Positions 1-7,877 of a DNA stretch of 11,060 bases are shown piece after piece (the stretch's first letter is position 1; every line of letters begins with the position of its first letter). The stretch comes from Candidatus Thorarchaeota archaeon. GTDB taxonomy: Archaea; Asgardarchaeota; Thorarchaeia; Thorarchaeales; Thorarchaeaceae. The DNA is taken from NCBI GenBank assembly GCA_048884785.1, contig JBHLQM010000082.1:1-11060 (forward strand). The letters are read 5' to 3'. The notes below the pieces were generated by a model, which made no database searches, had not been told where the DNA came from, and saw only the letters and a list, made by a program, of their open reading frames with translations. Made by a program: the position numbers and the translations under genes.

Positions 1-282
1 GTCGCCTCTGCTGTTCTGAATTTTGCATATCATATTCCCATACCCCTTGTTGATGGCAATACTATCCATCTGATGTCTAGAGTGTTTGGATTGGCATTTA
101 CAGGTCCAAATGATGATAGAGCCTGGGATTTCATAGGGTCTTTTAACCTAGGAAACCAAAGCAGGACTTTTTACTGGGGCGTCATAGATTTAGTTGCATT
201 AATCTGTCTTCGAAAATCTCCTCGTTGCAATATCTGTCCCCTTCAGGATGTTTGCAAGTGGAATCATGATACTACTCATTGA
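1..282 (+). CDS. HhH-GPD DNA glycosylase with [4Fe-4S] cluster, MutY/MIG-like (5'-truncated by the window edge)
   Basis: Frame 1 is open from base 1: VASAVLNFAYHIPYPLVDGNTIHLMSRVFG... VDGN is the MutY-type catalytic Asp motif (endonuclease III has VDTH). The C-terminal C-LRKSPR-C-NI-C-PLQDV-C fits the CX6CX2CX5C FeS motif. Confidence 0.88.
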   Translation, partial: VASAVLNFAYHIPIPLVDGNTIHLMSRVFGLAFTGPNDDRAWDFIGSFNLGNQSRTFYWGVIDLVALICLRKSPRCNICPLQDVCKWNHDTTH

Positions 283-345
283 GTCGAAATATCTACTCTC
301 TTCAACCTCTAATTTCTTGATGATACACCCACTCATCTATGACTT

Positions 346-723
346 TCAATCTAAATCTGGGATAGCAATTTCTACTGCAAAACGTTCTCCGCATGGACAG
401 CCCGCATTAATCGGATACTTATCAGGTGTATCTATTTCTATGACTGCGCCTTGCAAAGCAGCTTTGTCAATCATCGTCTGCATGTTATGAACCATGTATT
501 TTGCGAATCCAATTACAAGGTCTGGGATTGATATATCATCAATCCAGTAAATGAATCGTGAGCAACTTGGACAATGGCTTAGGATGACTCTTGTACCATC
601 CCCACAATTTCTACACTGCAAATTTGAATAGTGATAGTCTGGAGCAGTTGGACATGGCAGTGCGCATTGATTCTTCGCGCCACATCTATAGCAATAGTAT
701 TCGAAATTGACATTTTCACTCAT
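346..723 (-). CDS. Cys-rich, probable multi-zinc-ribbon protein of unknown function (125 aa)
   Basis: ATG start, 10 Cys including CYRC, CRNC, CPSC and a distal CPCG. The ORF fills the gap between neighbouring genes. Confidence 0.8.
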   Translation of the reverse strand: MSENVNFEYYCYRCGAKNQCALPCPTAPDYHYSNLQCRNCGDGTRVILSHCPSCSRFIYWIDDISIPDLVIGFAKYMVHNMQTMIDKAALQGAVIEIDTPDKYPINAGCPCGERFAVEIAIPDLD

Positions 724-850
724 AATGAATCAATTTCGGCACCCTGTTGCACAATAAATCTCTTTGTTGCACTGCTGACTTTTTGATGAAGATTAGTTGT
801 TGTGGAGCTAATAAGGCAAATCGATGATTATACTTAGGAAGTGTCCTTTA

Positions 851-1048
851 ATGCTGATCGAACGATCTGATATCAAACTATTATCCCTTCTACTTGTATT
901 CCTTAGTGAGAACTATTCGACTAGTCATAATCAGTGCGATAGCTGTGGCACAACTACTCCACGATTTGACAAGTCCTTTTTTATCAGTGGAGAATGGGTC
1001 TGTGTCAGTTGTGTTTTACAGCGGATTCGAACTCGAGCCTGCAAGTGA
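851..1048 (+). CDS. Small putative zinc-finger protein (CxxC-x18-CxxC); start uncertain (ATG 824 or 851)
   Basis: CDSCG...ISGEWVCVSC followed by a basic helix (VLQRIRTR), typical of small archaeal CxxC proteins. It competes with an overlapping ORF at 894..1079. Confidence 0.55.
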   Translation: MLIERSDIKLLSLLLVFLSENYSTSHNQCDSCGTTTPRFDKSFFISGEWVCVSCVLQRIRTRACK

Positions 1049-1099
1049 AAAACTACTAAAACCGAAGAGTGAAAAGTAAGTGTGGGAAATTGAAAGACA

Positions 1100-1876
1100 A
1101 TGGTGAATCCCTTGAAGAAAAGAGTTCAACCGCATCTAAGAGTTGGAGAAGGCGATGTTGAGAAGGTCGTCATTATTACTGGCAATCCCGATAGAGTACC
1201 TGTGATTGCGTCAAAAATGAAAGATCCCGAAGAACGCGCCCGATATAGAGGGCTGGTGACATACCACGCATATACCCCGAAGGGAAACCCTGTAACAATA
1301 TCCGGTACAGGGATGGGAGTTGCATCTACTCATATTTGCATAGAAGAACTTGCAAAGCTTGATGCAAAAGCGATAATCCGGCTTGGTAGTTGCGGTGGAA
1401 TAGATCCAACGGTCATAACAGGCAATGTAGTCGTTCCAACGGGCTGTGTGAGAGATGAACGAGCTAGTCTGAACTACGCTCCGATTGAGTATCCCGCTGT
1501 GGCCTCGCCGGTATGGTTTACGGCTCTTTTCGATGAGGTATCCAAGCTTCTCCCCTCAAATCGTGTGCATGCAGGAATATGTTTGACAACAGATATTTAC
1601 TACACAAACCCAATCTATGACAGGTTGGATTTATGGACTCGTGCAAAGGTCAAATGCGTGGAGATGGAGAGTTCACTTGTATTCACTTTTGCACAGACAC
1701 GAGGGCTAGATGCTGCATCAATTCTGTCCTGTGACGGCAATCTCCATGGCGCTCAAAAGGGAGAGCAGAAGGACGAAACGGAACAGACCGGAGAACAAGA
1801 TCCACTCATAATTGAAGCCATAGAAAAGACAGTGCAGGCAACTATTGCATCCATTGATAGAGTCTTAGACACATGA
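1100..1876 (+). CDS. Nucleoside phosphorylase, NP-I family (uridine phosphorylase/DeoD-like; specificity undetermined)
   Basis: Motifs QPHL, ITGNPDRV, TGMG, IEEL, IIRLGSCGG, TTDIYY and VEMES. Confidence 0.93.
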   Translation: MVNPLKKRVQPHLRVGEGDVEKVVIITGNPDRVPVIASKMKDPEERARYRGLVTYHAYTPKGNPVTISGTGMGVASTHICIEELAKLDAKAIIRLGSCGGIDPTVITGNVVVPTGCVRDERASLNYAPIEYPAVASPVWFTALFDEVSKLLPSNRVHAGICLTTDIYYTNPIYDRLDLWTRAKVKCVEMESSLVFTFAQTRGLDAASILSCDGNLHGAQKGEQKDETEQTGEQDPLIIEAIEKTVQATIASIDRVLDT

Positions 1877-1994
1877 TTTCAGAAAAAACAACACATTGTT
1901 ATCAAGGCAGTACTCTGCTCTTGCAGGGACATATCTAATGGCCTCTAAAAACATCGAGCTGCATAATAAATCAGAATCAAGGTCATACTTGATA

Positions 1995-2585
1995 ATGAAA
2001 GCGGAAGCAAAAGAAGCCTTGGAGTTGGCAGAGCAAAGGTGGGCTGATAAAGAAACTCCGAGCTATATCGATATACAACAGCTTGACATGATGGAAATCG
2101 AGTCTTTTGTTGACTTTTATAATCGCTGTTTTATCGCCTCACCAGATCCTTTTTGTCCACTGACCTACGAGGATGCAAGAAAACTCAGTCCCGATGGAAT
2201 CTTTGTGGCTAAACTTGCCGAAGAACAAGCTGGATTCATTGCCTGTTTCATCGAAAAAGAGGAGGAATCTAGCTATGGTGAAATTACAGGGATAGGAGTC
2301 CTTCCCAACCGGAGAAGAAGAGGAGTTGCAACCGCGCTCATCAAAAGGGCTACGACTTTTTTCCTCGAATCTGGCGTTGACGATGTATACTGCGAAGTAT
2401 ACGAAGCGAACATTCCTTCACAGATGTTGATTAAGGCTTACGGATTCAGGGAAGTTGGTCGGAGGAACATTCCCGTTCAGGTGTCAACGCCAACTCACTC
2501 AACAGATGAACTGCCGGGTGGAAAAATAATGCGTCGGTTAGGTTTGCGGCCGAGAGCAGGATGTGAAGCCTGCAGGGACATCTAA
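1995..2585 (+). CDS. GNAT-family N-acetyltransferase with a C-terminal CxxC tail
   Basis: Motif A: IGVLPNRRRRGVATALI. Motif B: VYEANIPSQMLIKAYGF. In-frame ATG 1995 (MKAEAKE) is preferred over TTG 1896. Confidence 0.9.
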   Translation: MKAEAKEALELAEQRWADKETPSYIDIQQLDMMEIESFVDFYNRCFIASPDPFCPLTYEDARKLSPDGIFVAKLAEEQAGFIACFIEKEEESSYGEITGIGVLPNRRRRGVATALIKRATTFFLESGVDDVYCEVYEANIPSQMLIKAYGFREVGRRNIPVQVSTPTHSTDELPGGKIMRRLGLRPRAGCEACRDI

Positions 2586-2625
2586 CAACAGACTGGACAG
2601 CTTATTAGCCAGATATCACCATTCT

Positions 2626-3729
2626 ATGAATGCAATGAATGAATCTGAGGTTGAGAAGGCTCATTGGTTTCCAAGAAAGATTAGCCTCAGGTATTTTGAG
2701 AAAGTGAATAATCCACGATCGATCCATGGAATCTATCCCTACAGGGGTAAGATGTCCGCTATTGATGCAGCACATGTAATTTCACAACTAATCCCGAATT
2801 CAAGATTGCTTGACCCCTTCTGCGGAACTGGTACTATCGTTTATGAGGCGCAATTGCGAGGGCATCAGGTCACAGGAGTTGATAACAATCCTTTGGCTTG
2901 TATTATTGCGCGTGGAAAGACAGAACCAATTGACAAAGAATTCACACTCTCCCATCTTGAACATTCTATAGAGAAAGCTCGATCTCTGACTTCTGTATCT
3001 CCAATGCCTGCAGCTCCTGCTGAGTATTTTCATGAAACTACCGCAGAGCAGATTATGAGAATATTAACTGTTTCAAAGAGCTTCTCTCCTTTCCTTCTTG
3101 CGTGTTTCTATGGCGCAATAAGCCTTGCCGCAAGAGCCTGCAATGGATGGCTATGGACATCAACATCGATTGGAAAAATCAACCTGCCTCTTCGAGAGAT
3201 TGATTTCTTCTCCACACTTCTTCGAAAGGTGAGAAAACATATTGATTTCGTACAGGGAACACCGCCTGTCAAAATTCATTCACATGACGTACGAGCTATC
3301 AATGAGATTGTCCCCTCAAATTCCATCGATGTTGTGTATACAAGCCCTCCTTACTTTGATGCTCTGGATTATACTGGGTACTATACAAAACTAGTGATGG
3401 AAATATTAGGAATCGATAGAAACCAAATCCGTGATGGCTTAATCCAGCGTTACTCAACTTATGAGAGCGATATGCGAGAAGCTCTATTCGCCCTCGATCA
3501 AGTAGTACATGACAAGTCAATCATTATCTTTATTGTTGGGAATCGAATGGTCCATGGGAAATTAGTACGTGGTTCCGATTTCTTTTCCAAAATAGCTCCT
3601 TGGGCTGAACCTTACGTAGTAGAACGAGAGTACACAAAGACTGCAAGTGGGCTTTGGGATAGGATAAATGCAACTACAAGAAAGGAGCAAGTGGTTGTGT
3701 GGGACCTGAAACTTGGAGGGCGAAAATAG
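2626..3729 (+). CDS. Amino-DNA methyltransferase, alpha-class motif order, probably N4-cytosine
   Basis: IHGIYPYRGKM, then the SAM-binding motif LLDPFCGTGT and GVDNNPLA near the N-terminus, and the catalytic motif DVVYTSPPY near the C-terminus. ATG 2626 or 2635 avoids overlap with the GNAT gene. Confidence 0.88.
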   Translation: MNAMNESEVEKAHWFPRKISLRYFEKVNNPRSIHGIYPYRGKMSAIDAAHVISQLIPNSRLLDPFCGTGTIVYEAQLRGHQVTGVDNNPLACIIARGKTEPIDKEFTLSHLEHSIEKARSLTSVSPMPAAPAEYFHETTAEQIMRILTVSKSFSPFLLACFYGAISLAARACNGWLWTSTSIGKINLPLREIDFFSTLLRKVRKHIDFVQGTPPVKIHSHDVRAINEIVPSNSIDVVYTSPPYFDALDYTGYYTKLVMEILGIDRNQIRDGLIQRYSTYESDMREALFALDQVVHDKSIIIFIVGNRMVHGKLVRGSDFFSKIAPWAEPYVVEREYTKTASGLWDRINATTRKEQVVVWDLKLGGRK

Positions 3730-3730
3730 A

Positions 3731-4555
3731 GTGACTAGCCATCTTGTCGTGATGGGGGATAGCCGGCATATGGATATGGTTTCCGATGAATCTGTACATT
3801 TGATTGTTACGTCTCCTCCATACTGGCAACTCAAGGACTATGGTCATGCGAATGCCATTGGCCAATCTTCTTCGACCTATGACGAGTATCTCGAGTCACT
3901 CTGTGAAGTCTTTCAAGAATGTGTAAGAACCCTTGTACCAGATGGTAAGCTCATAGTAGATATCATGCCAATACTTCTTCCAAGAACAGCATCGAAATTC
4001 AATCGTAGGATCACGAAGACAGTATTAACAGATTTAGAGGCATTCATGAGTTCTCTAGGCAATATGTACTTTCATTCTCTCTATATTTGGGATAAACGAA
4101 AGGCTGTACGATTTAGTTCGTGGGGATCATACCCCTACCCTCCTAACCTTTTGGCTACATATCCATATGAATGGATTATCGTCTTTTCCAAGAGAGGTAA
4201 ACGCCCCCCTGTGGATAAAAAGAAGAAAGCGATGTCCGCGATTACTCATGACGAATTTACAAACTGGGTTCAGAATTCCATCTGGGACTTTCAACCTGTT
4301 TCAGCAAAGAAGGAACAGCATCCTGCACCATTTCCTGAAGAACTTCCGCGTAGATGTATTCGTCTTTACTCATTTGTGGGTGATACAGTTCTTGACCCCT
4401 TTGCTGGCAGCGGAACTACCCTTAGAGTCGCGCGAGAGTTGGGACGGAATTCAATTGGGTATGAGATCAATCCTGATTTCGAACCGATTATACGAAAGAA
4501 ACTTGGCGCTAGTGACAAAGAAACTACTGATTCCTTCAATTTCATCAGAAACTGA
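3731..4555 (+). CDS. Amino-DNA methyltransferase, beta-class (N6_N4_Mtase), probably N4-cytosine
   Basis: GDSR...SVHLIVTSPPYW near the N-terminus; HPAPFPEEL, VLDPFAGSGTT and IGYEIN near the C-terminus. GTG 3731 lies 1 nt after the upstream TAG, with GGAGG at 3715-3719. Confidence 0.93.
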   Translation: MTSHLVVMGDSRHMDMVSDESVHLIVTSPPYWQLKDYGHANAIGQSSSTYDEYLESLCEVFQECVRTLVPDGKLIVDIMPILLPRTASKFNRRITKTVLTDLEAFMSSLGNMYFHSLYIWDKRKAVRFSSWGSYPYPPNLLATYPYEWIIVFSKRGKRPPVDKKKKAMSAITHDEFTNWVQNSIWDFQPVSAKKEQHPAPFPEELPRRCIRLYSFVGDTVLDPFAGSGTTLRVARELGRNSIGYEINPDFEPIIRKKLGASDKETTDSFNFIRN

Positions 4556-4575
4556 TGCTAAGACTAATTAGTATT

Positions 4576-4587
4576 CAAGATTTATAA
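4576..4587 (+). promoter_or_regulatory. Putative BRE/TATA promoter for the GGR-M28 pair
   Basis: CAAGA-TTTATAA in an AT-rich intergenic region; SD GGAGGT at 4641-4646. Confidence 0.45.
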
Positions 4588-4657
4588 TTCAAAATTGTGT
4601 AATTTAGGACACCTCTTTTGTTAGAAAGAGTTGCCGTATAGGAGGTTGTTATGTCAC

Positions 4658-5878
4658 TTGACATACGACGTGATAATCGTCGGAGCTGGACCTGCAGGTT
4701 CTATAGCTGCATACGAATGCGCAAAGCATGGGCTTACTACTTTATGTCTAGAGAAGAGTCCCATTCCACGAGAAAAGCCCTGCGGAGGCGCAGTAATGTA
4801 TCGTGGACTCCGCATTCTTGGAGGCAGACTCCCACGTTCGCTTGTAGAGCAGAAAATCTATGGTTTGAGATTCTCGCTCCCCAATGGTGCAACATCTGAA
4901 TTTATCTCCGACAAGATGATTGGAATTACTGTCTTCCGAGACAGATTCGATGAACATCTAACAAAAAGAGCAGTTAATGCAGGTTCAGATTTGATGGAAA
5001 ACACGCCTGTGATACACGCCAGCACTTCAAAAGAGTCAGCAAAGGTGCGTTTGAAAGATGGTCGAGAATTCAGGTCCAAATTCATCATTGGTGCTGATGG
5101 TGTAAATTCCATTGTTAGCCGATCTCTTGGACTTCGCCCACAAAGAAAAGACTTGACAAAAGTGGGACTTGGAATGGAATCAGATTTCTATGTAGGCACA
5201 GAAGGAGTAAATCACGCCATGAATGGCAATCCCTCGGTCCTTGAAATAATTCCTGCTGATGATAGAATCAGTTATGGCTGGGTATTTCCAAAACGGGAAC
5301 ACCTGGCTATTGGAGTCGCAGGTTCAGCAGTCCACATGCGTGCTCTTCGCCCGACCTTTGATCAGTTCTATAAGAGCATAGAGAAAAAAATAGGAATTCC
5401 TCTTACACTTGAGAAGAGACGAACATGTTTCCTTGGTGGAGATGGATTGGTCAGTGCGAATGTTGTAGATAGAGCCATTCTCGTTGGAGATGCTGCAGGA
5501 TTCGTGGACCCTATGATGGGTGAAGGTATTGCATATGCCATGCAATCGGGCATCTTTGCGGCAGACGTAATCATCAAAGCGATTGAGGAAGGCAAGCATG
5601 ACTCGGCTCAGCTTTCTGAGTATCATACACTATGCAAGAAGGAGTTCTCTGCGAATTTTCAAATGGCTGCTTGGGCCGGATCGAAAGGAACTTCGTTTGC
5701 CGAGAGAGTACTTCCCAGCGTCAATGGATTCAAATTAGCATCAGATGTTATGGCAATGATCGCCCGGGGAGAGATAGGATACGCAGATATCCCCTATGTA
5801 GTCTTGAAGAATCTTCCAAGGCAGATCCCTCACATCATCCAGCAAGCTATTCAGTCGAGGATACTCTCATCACACTGA
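4658..5878 (+). CDS. Geranylgeranyl reductase family FAD-dependent oxidoreductase
   Basis: YDVIIVGAGPAG, EKPCGG, IGADGVNS, YGWVFP and LVGDAAGFVDPMMGEGIAYAMQSG. The likely start is in-frame TTG 4658, downstream of GGAGGT. Confidence 0.93.
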   Translation: MTYDVIIVGAGPAGSIAAYECAKHGLTTLCLEKSPIPREKPCGGAVMYRGLRILGGRLPRSLVEQKIYGLRFSLPNGATSEFISDKMIGITVFRDRFDEHLTKRAVNAGSDLMENTPVIHASTSKESAKVRLKDGREFRSKFIIGADGVNSIVSRSLGLRPQRKDLTKVGLGMESDFYVGTEGVNHAMNGNPSVLEIIPADDRISYGWVFPKREHLAIGVAGSAVHMRALRPTFDQFYKSIEKKIGIPLTLEKRRTCFLGGDGLVSANVVDRAILVGDAAGFVDPMMGEGIAYAMQSGIFAADVIIKAIEEGKHDSAQLSEYHTLCKKEFSANFQMAAWAGSKGTSFAERVLPSVNGFKLASDVMAMIARGEIGYADIPYVVLKNLPRQIPHIIQQAIQSRILSSH

Positions 5879-5894
5879 AAACCTTCTTAGGTAG

Positions 5895-6917
5895 GTGAAC
5901 AAGTCAGTGGTCCAAATGAGAGCCTTTGGATTTACCATAGTGGTCATTATCCTACTGTCTGGATTCACAATACATGGAACTGCCCAAATCTCTCATGTAC
6001 CGATATTTAGCGGGGATGATGCCTACGACTTTCTCCTTGGTCAAGTTTCTTTTGGACCAAGGCCACCAGGTTCTGAAAATCTAACTCTATGCAACCTCTA
6101 TATTCAAGATACACTTCGATCGTTCGGTTGGAATGTTACACTCCAGAACTTTACGTATAGAGAAACACTATGTACAAACATTATTGCTACATGGAATTCC
6201 TCGACAAACGCAGCAATTGTCCTGGGAGCGCACTACGATACACGTCCTGAGGCTTCTGCAGATCCAGATCCACTAAATAGGACCAAACCGGTTCTTGGAG
6301 CAAATGATGGAGGAAGTGGAACTGCAGTTCTTATGGAATTAGCACATATTCTCCCCATTTCTGTTCGTTCTACAGTTGAACTCGTGTTTTTTGATGCCGA
6401 AGACTCGGGCGGGATTGATGGCTGGGATTGGATTCAAGGTTCTACATATTATGTGTCCGCCCTCAATATCGCTAGAAGGCAATCGATTCGTGCGATGATT
6501 TTAGTCGATATGGTAGGAGATTCTAATCTTGTTATACCTCGTGAAAGTAGCTCAACATCATCATTGCAGAATGCTATATGGTCAATAGCTAGCCAGATGG
6601 GCTACAATGATACTTTCCTTGATATTGCAGGTGCTAGTATCACTGATGATCATAGACCATTCCTTGATGCTGGCATCCCTGCAGTGGATTTGATTCATTA
6701 TCCTTTTCCAGAGTCATGGCATACTCTTGCAGACACTCCTGACAAGTGTAGTGCTGAGAGTCTACAGATTGTTGGTCGAGTCCTAGAAACATTCATTGTC
6801 GAGCAGGATGCTGGAAACATCACTTATCCTTTAGATACACAATATCTATTCTATGCGGCTTTCATCATTATTCCCTTGATTATCATAGCTGTGGTCTATC
6901 TGCGCTGGAAAAAATAG
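5895..6917 (+). CDS. Exported, C-terminally membrane-anchored M28 family metallopeptidase (glutaminyl-cyclase-like)
   Basis: N-terminal hydrophobic signal; GAHYDTRP, GANDGGSG, FFDAED, DMVG, DDHRPF and WHTLADT; C-terminal TM helix followed by RWKK. Confidence 0.9.
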   Translation: MNKSVVQMRAFGFTIVVIILLSGFTIHGTAQISHVPIFSGDDAYDFLLGQVSFGPRPPGSENLTLCNLYIQDTLRSFGWNVTLQNFTYRETLCTNIIATWNSSTNAAIVLGAHYDTRPEASADPDPLNRTKPVLGANDGGSGTAVLMELAHILPISVRSTVELVFFDAEDSGGIDGWDWIQGSTYYVSALNIARRQSIRAMILVDMVGDSNLVIPRESSSTSSLQNAIWSIASQMGYNDTFLDIAGASITDDHRPFLDAGIPAVDLIHYPFPESWHTLADTPDKCSAESLQIVGRVLETFIVEQDAGNITYPLDTQYLFYAAFIIIPLIIIAVVYLRWKK

Positions 6918-6927
6918 CATGATGTTA

Positions 6928-6940
6928 CAAGCTTTTAAAC
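6928..6940 (+). promoter_or_regulatory. Putative BRE/TATA promoter of the WD40 gene
   Basis: CAAGCTTTTAAAC shares the AAGCTTT core with the two rRNA promoters; SD GGTGA at 6978-6982 precedes TTG 6988. Confidence 0.55.
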
Positions 6941-6987
6941 AGCGGCTGTCTATATTCCAACAGACGGCTCTTTACTGGTGATTCGGA

Positions 6988-7869
6988 TTGGAGAAGACAG
7001 TTCTATTCAGACAAGAAAATGGTATGTTATCTCCACTCACTTGTCTCTCCATTGACTCAAAGGGTCGGTATGTTGTGTTTGGCAACGCTGACGCAATCAT
7101 CACAATTGTTGATACCAAATCTGGGAAGATTAAGAACACCATAGCGGGTCATGAAGGAACAATCTCTGCAACATTCTTCATTGGTGATAGAAACAAAGTG
7201 CTCTCATGTAGCTGGGATAATTCTACTCGACTATGGGATAATAAGAATATAGAGGAGTTCACTATCCTCAAACACAGCTCCGAAGTTAAAGCTCTAGCAG
7301 TCACCCCTGACCAAGGAAAAGGGGCTGCAGGATCCCGCGATGGCGAAGTCAAGGTGTTCTCTCTGAGCACGCTAAAGTCGATGAGAAATCTTCAAGCTCA
7401 TGGAACTGATGTCACAGGTCTTACTTTCATCAAAGATGGAACAAAACTTGTAACTGCCTCCTTGGATGGTGAATGTAAAATCTGGGATTTGAGTTCTTAT
7501 GAAGTAGATTTTCAGTTGAATCGTATTCCTGATAATATACGTGCTATTGCTACGAACAATGATGGCTCTAAACTCGTTCTAGGTCTACGTAGTGGTAAAA
7601 TTCTCTCAATAGACGTCGATAATCCTTCAAAGATTGATGAATTAGTCGGTCATACGGACGTCGTCAGTGCACTCTCGATAGATTCTACAGGCGAGAGACT
7701 AGCCTCTGGAAGTTGGGACCGCACAATTCGTATTTGGTCGCTTAATAGTCTAAAGGAAATATCCTCTGGTTCTCTTTTGACTGGTATTAATGCAGTCCAA
7801 TGGGATCCAAAGAATGAGATTGTGTTCTCTGCTGATTTTGCAGGAACTGTGACTTCTTGGAGTATATAA
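6988..7869 (+). CDS. Stand-alone WD40-repeat protein, about 7 blades
   Basis: Repeats include GHEGTI...SCSWDNSTRLWD, AHGTDV...TASLDGECKIWD and GHTDVV...SGSWDRTIRIWS. Seven ~41-aa units fill the 293 aa. Confidence 0.93.
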   Translation: MEKTVLFRQENGMLSPLTCLSIDSKGRYVVFGNADAIITIVDTKSGKIKNTIAGHEGTISATFFIGDRNKVLSCSWDNSTRLWDNKNIEEFTILKHSSEVKALAVTPDQGKGAAGSRDGEVKVFSLSTLKSMRNLQAHGTDVTGLTFIKDGTKLVTASLDGECKIWDLSSYEVDFQLNRIPDNIRAIATNNDGSKLVLGLRSGKILSIDVDNPSKIDELVGHTDVVSALSIDSTGERLASGSWDRTIRIWSLNSLKEISSGSLLTGINAVQWDPKNEIVFSADFAGTVTSWSI

Positions 7870-7877
7870 TCTAGAAT

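Noticed and set aside
1040-1072. Selenocysteine read-through at C-K-TGA of the small zinc-finger ORF
   Set aside because: Read-through adds only KTTKTEE before another TGA. No SECIS-like hairpin or known selenoprotein context was seen.
4651-4899. 82-aa ORF starting at an ATG close to the GGR Shine-Dalgarno
   Set aside because: It is an out-of-frame shadow of the conserved GGR N-terminus, Arg-rich with no motif. In-frame TTG 4658 has SD spacing similar to that of the second MTase.
2800-5898. Alternative-frame and antisense ORFs inside the MTase and GGR genes (e.g. 2800..3033, 3299..3520, 3562..3834, 4167..4571, 5324..5626, 5632..5898)
   Set aside because: They overlap well-supported genes almost entirely and carry no recognisable motifs.
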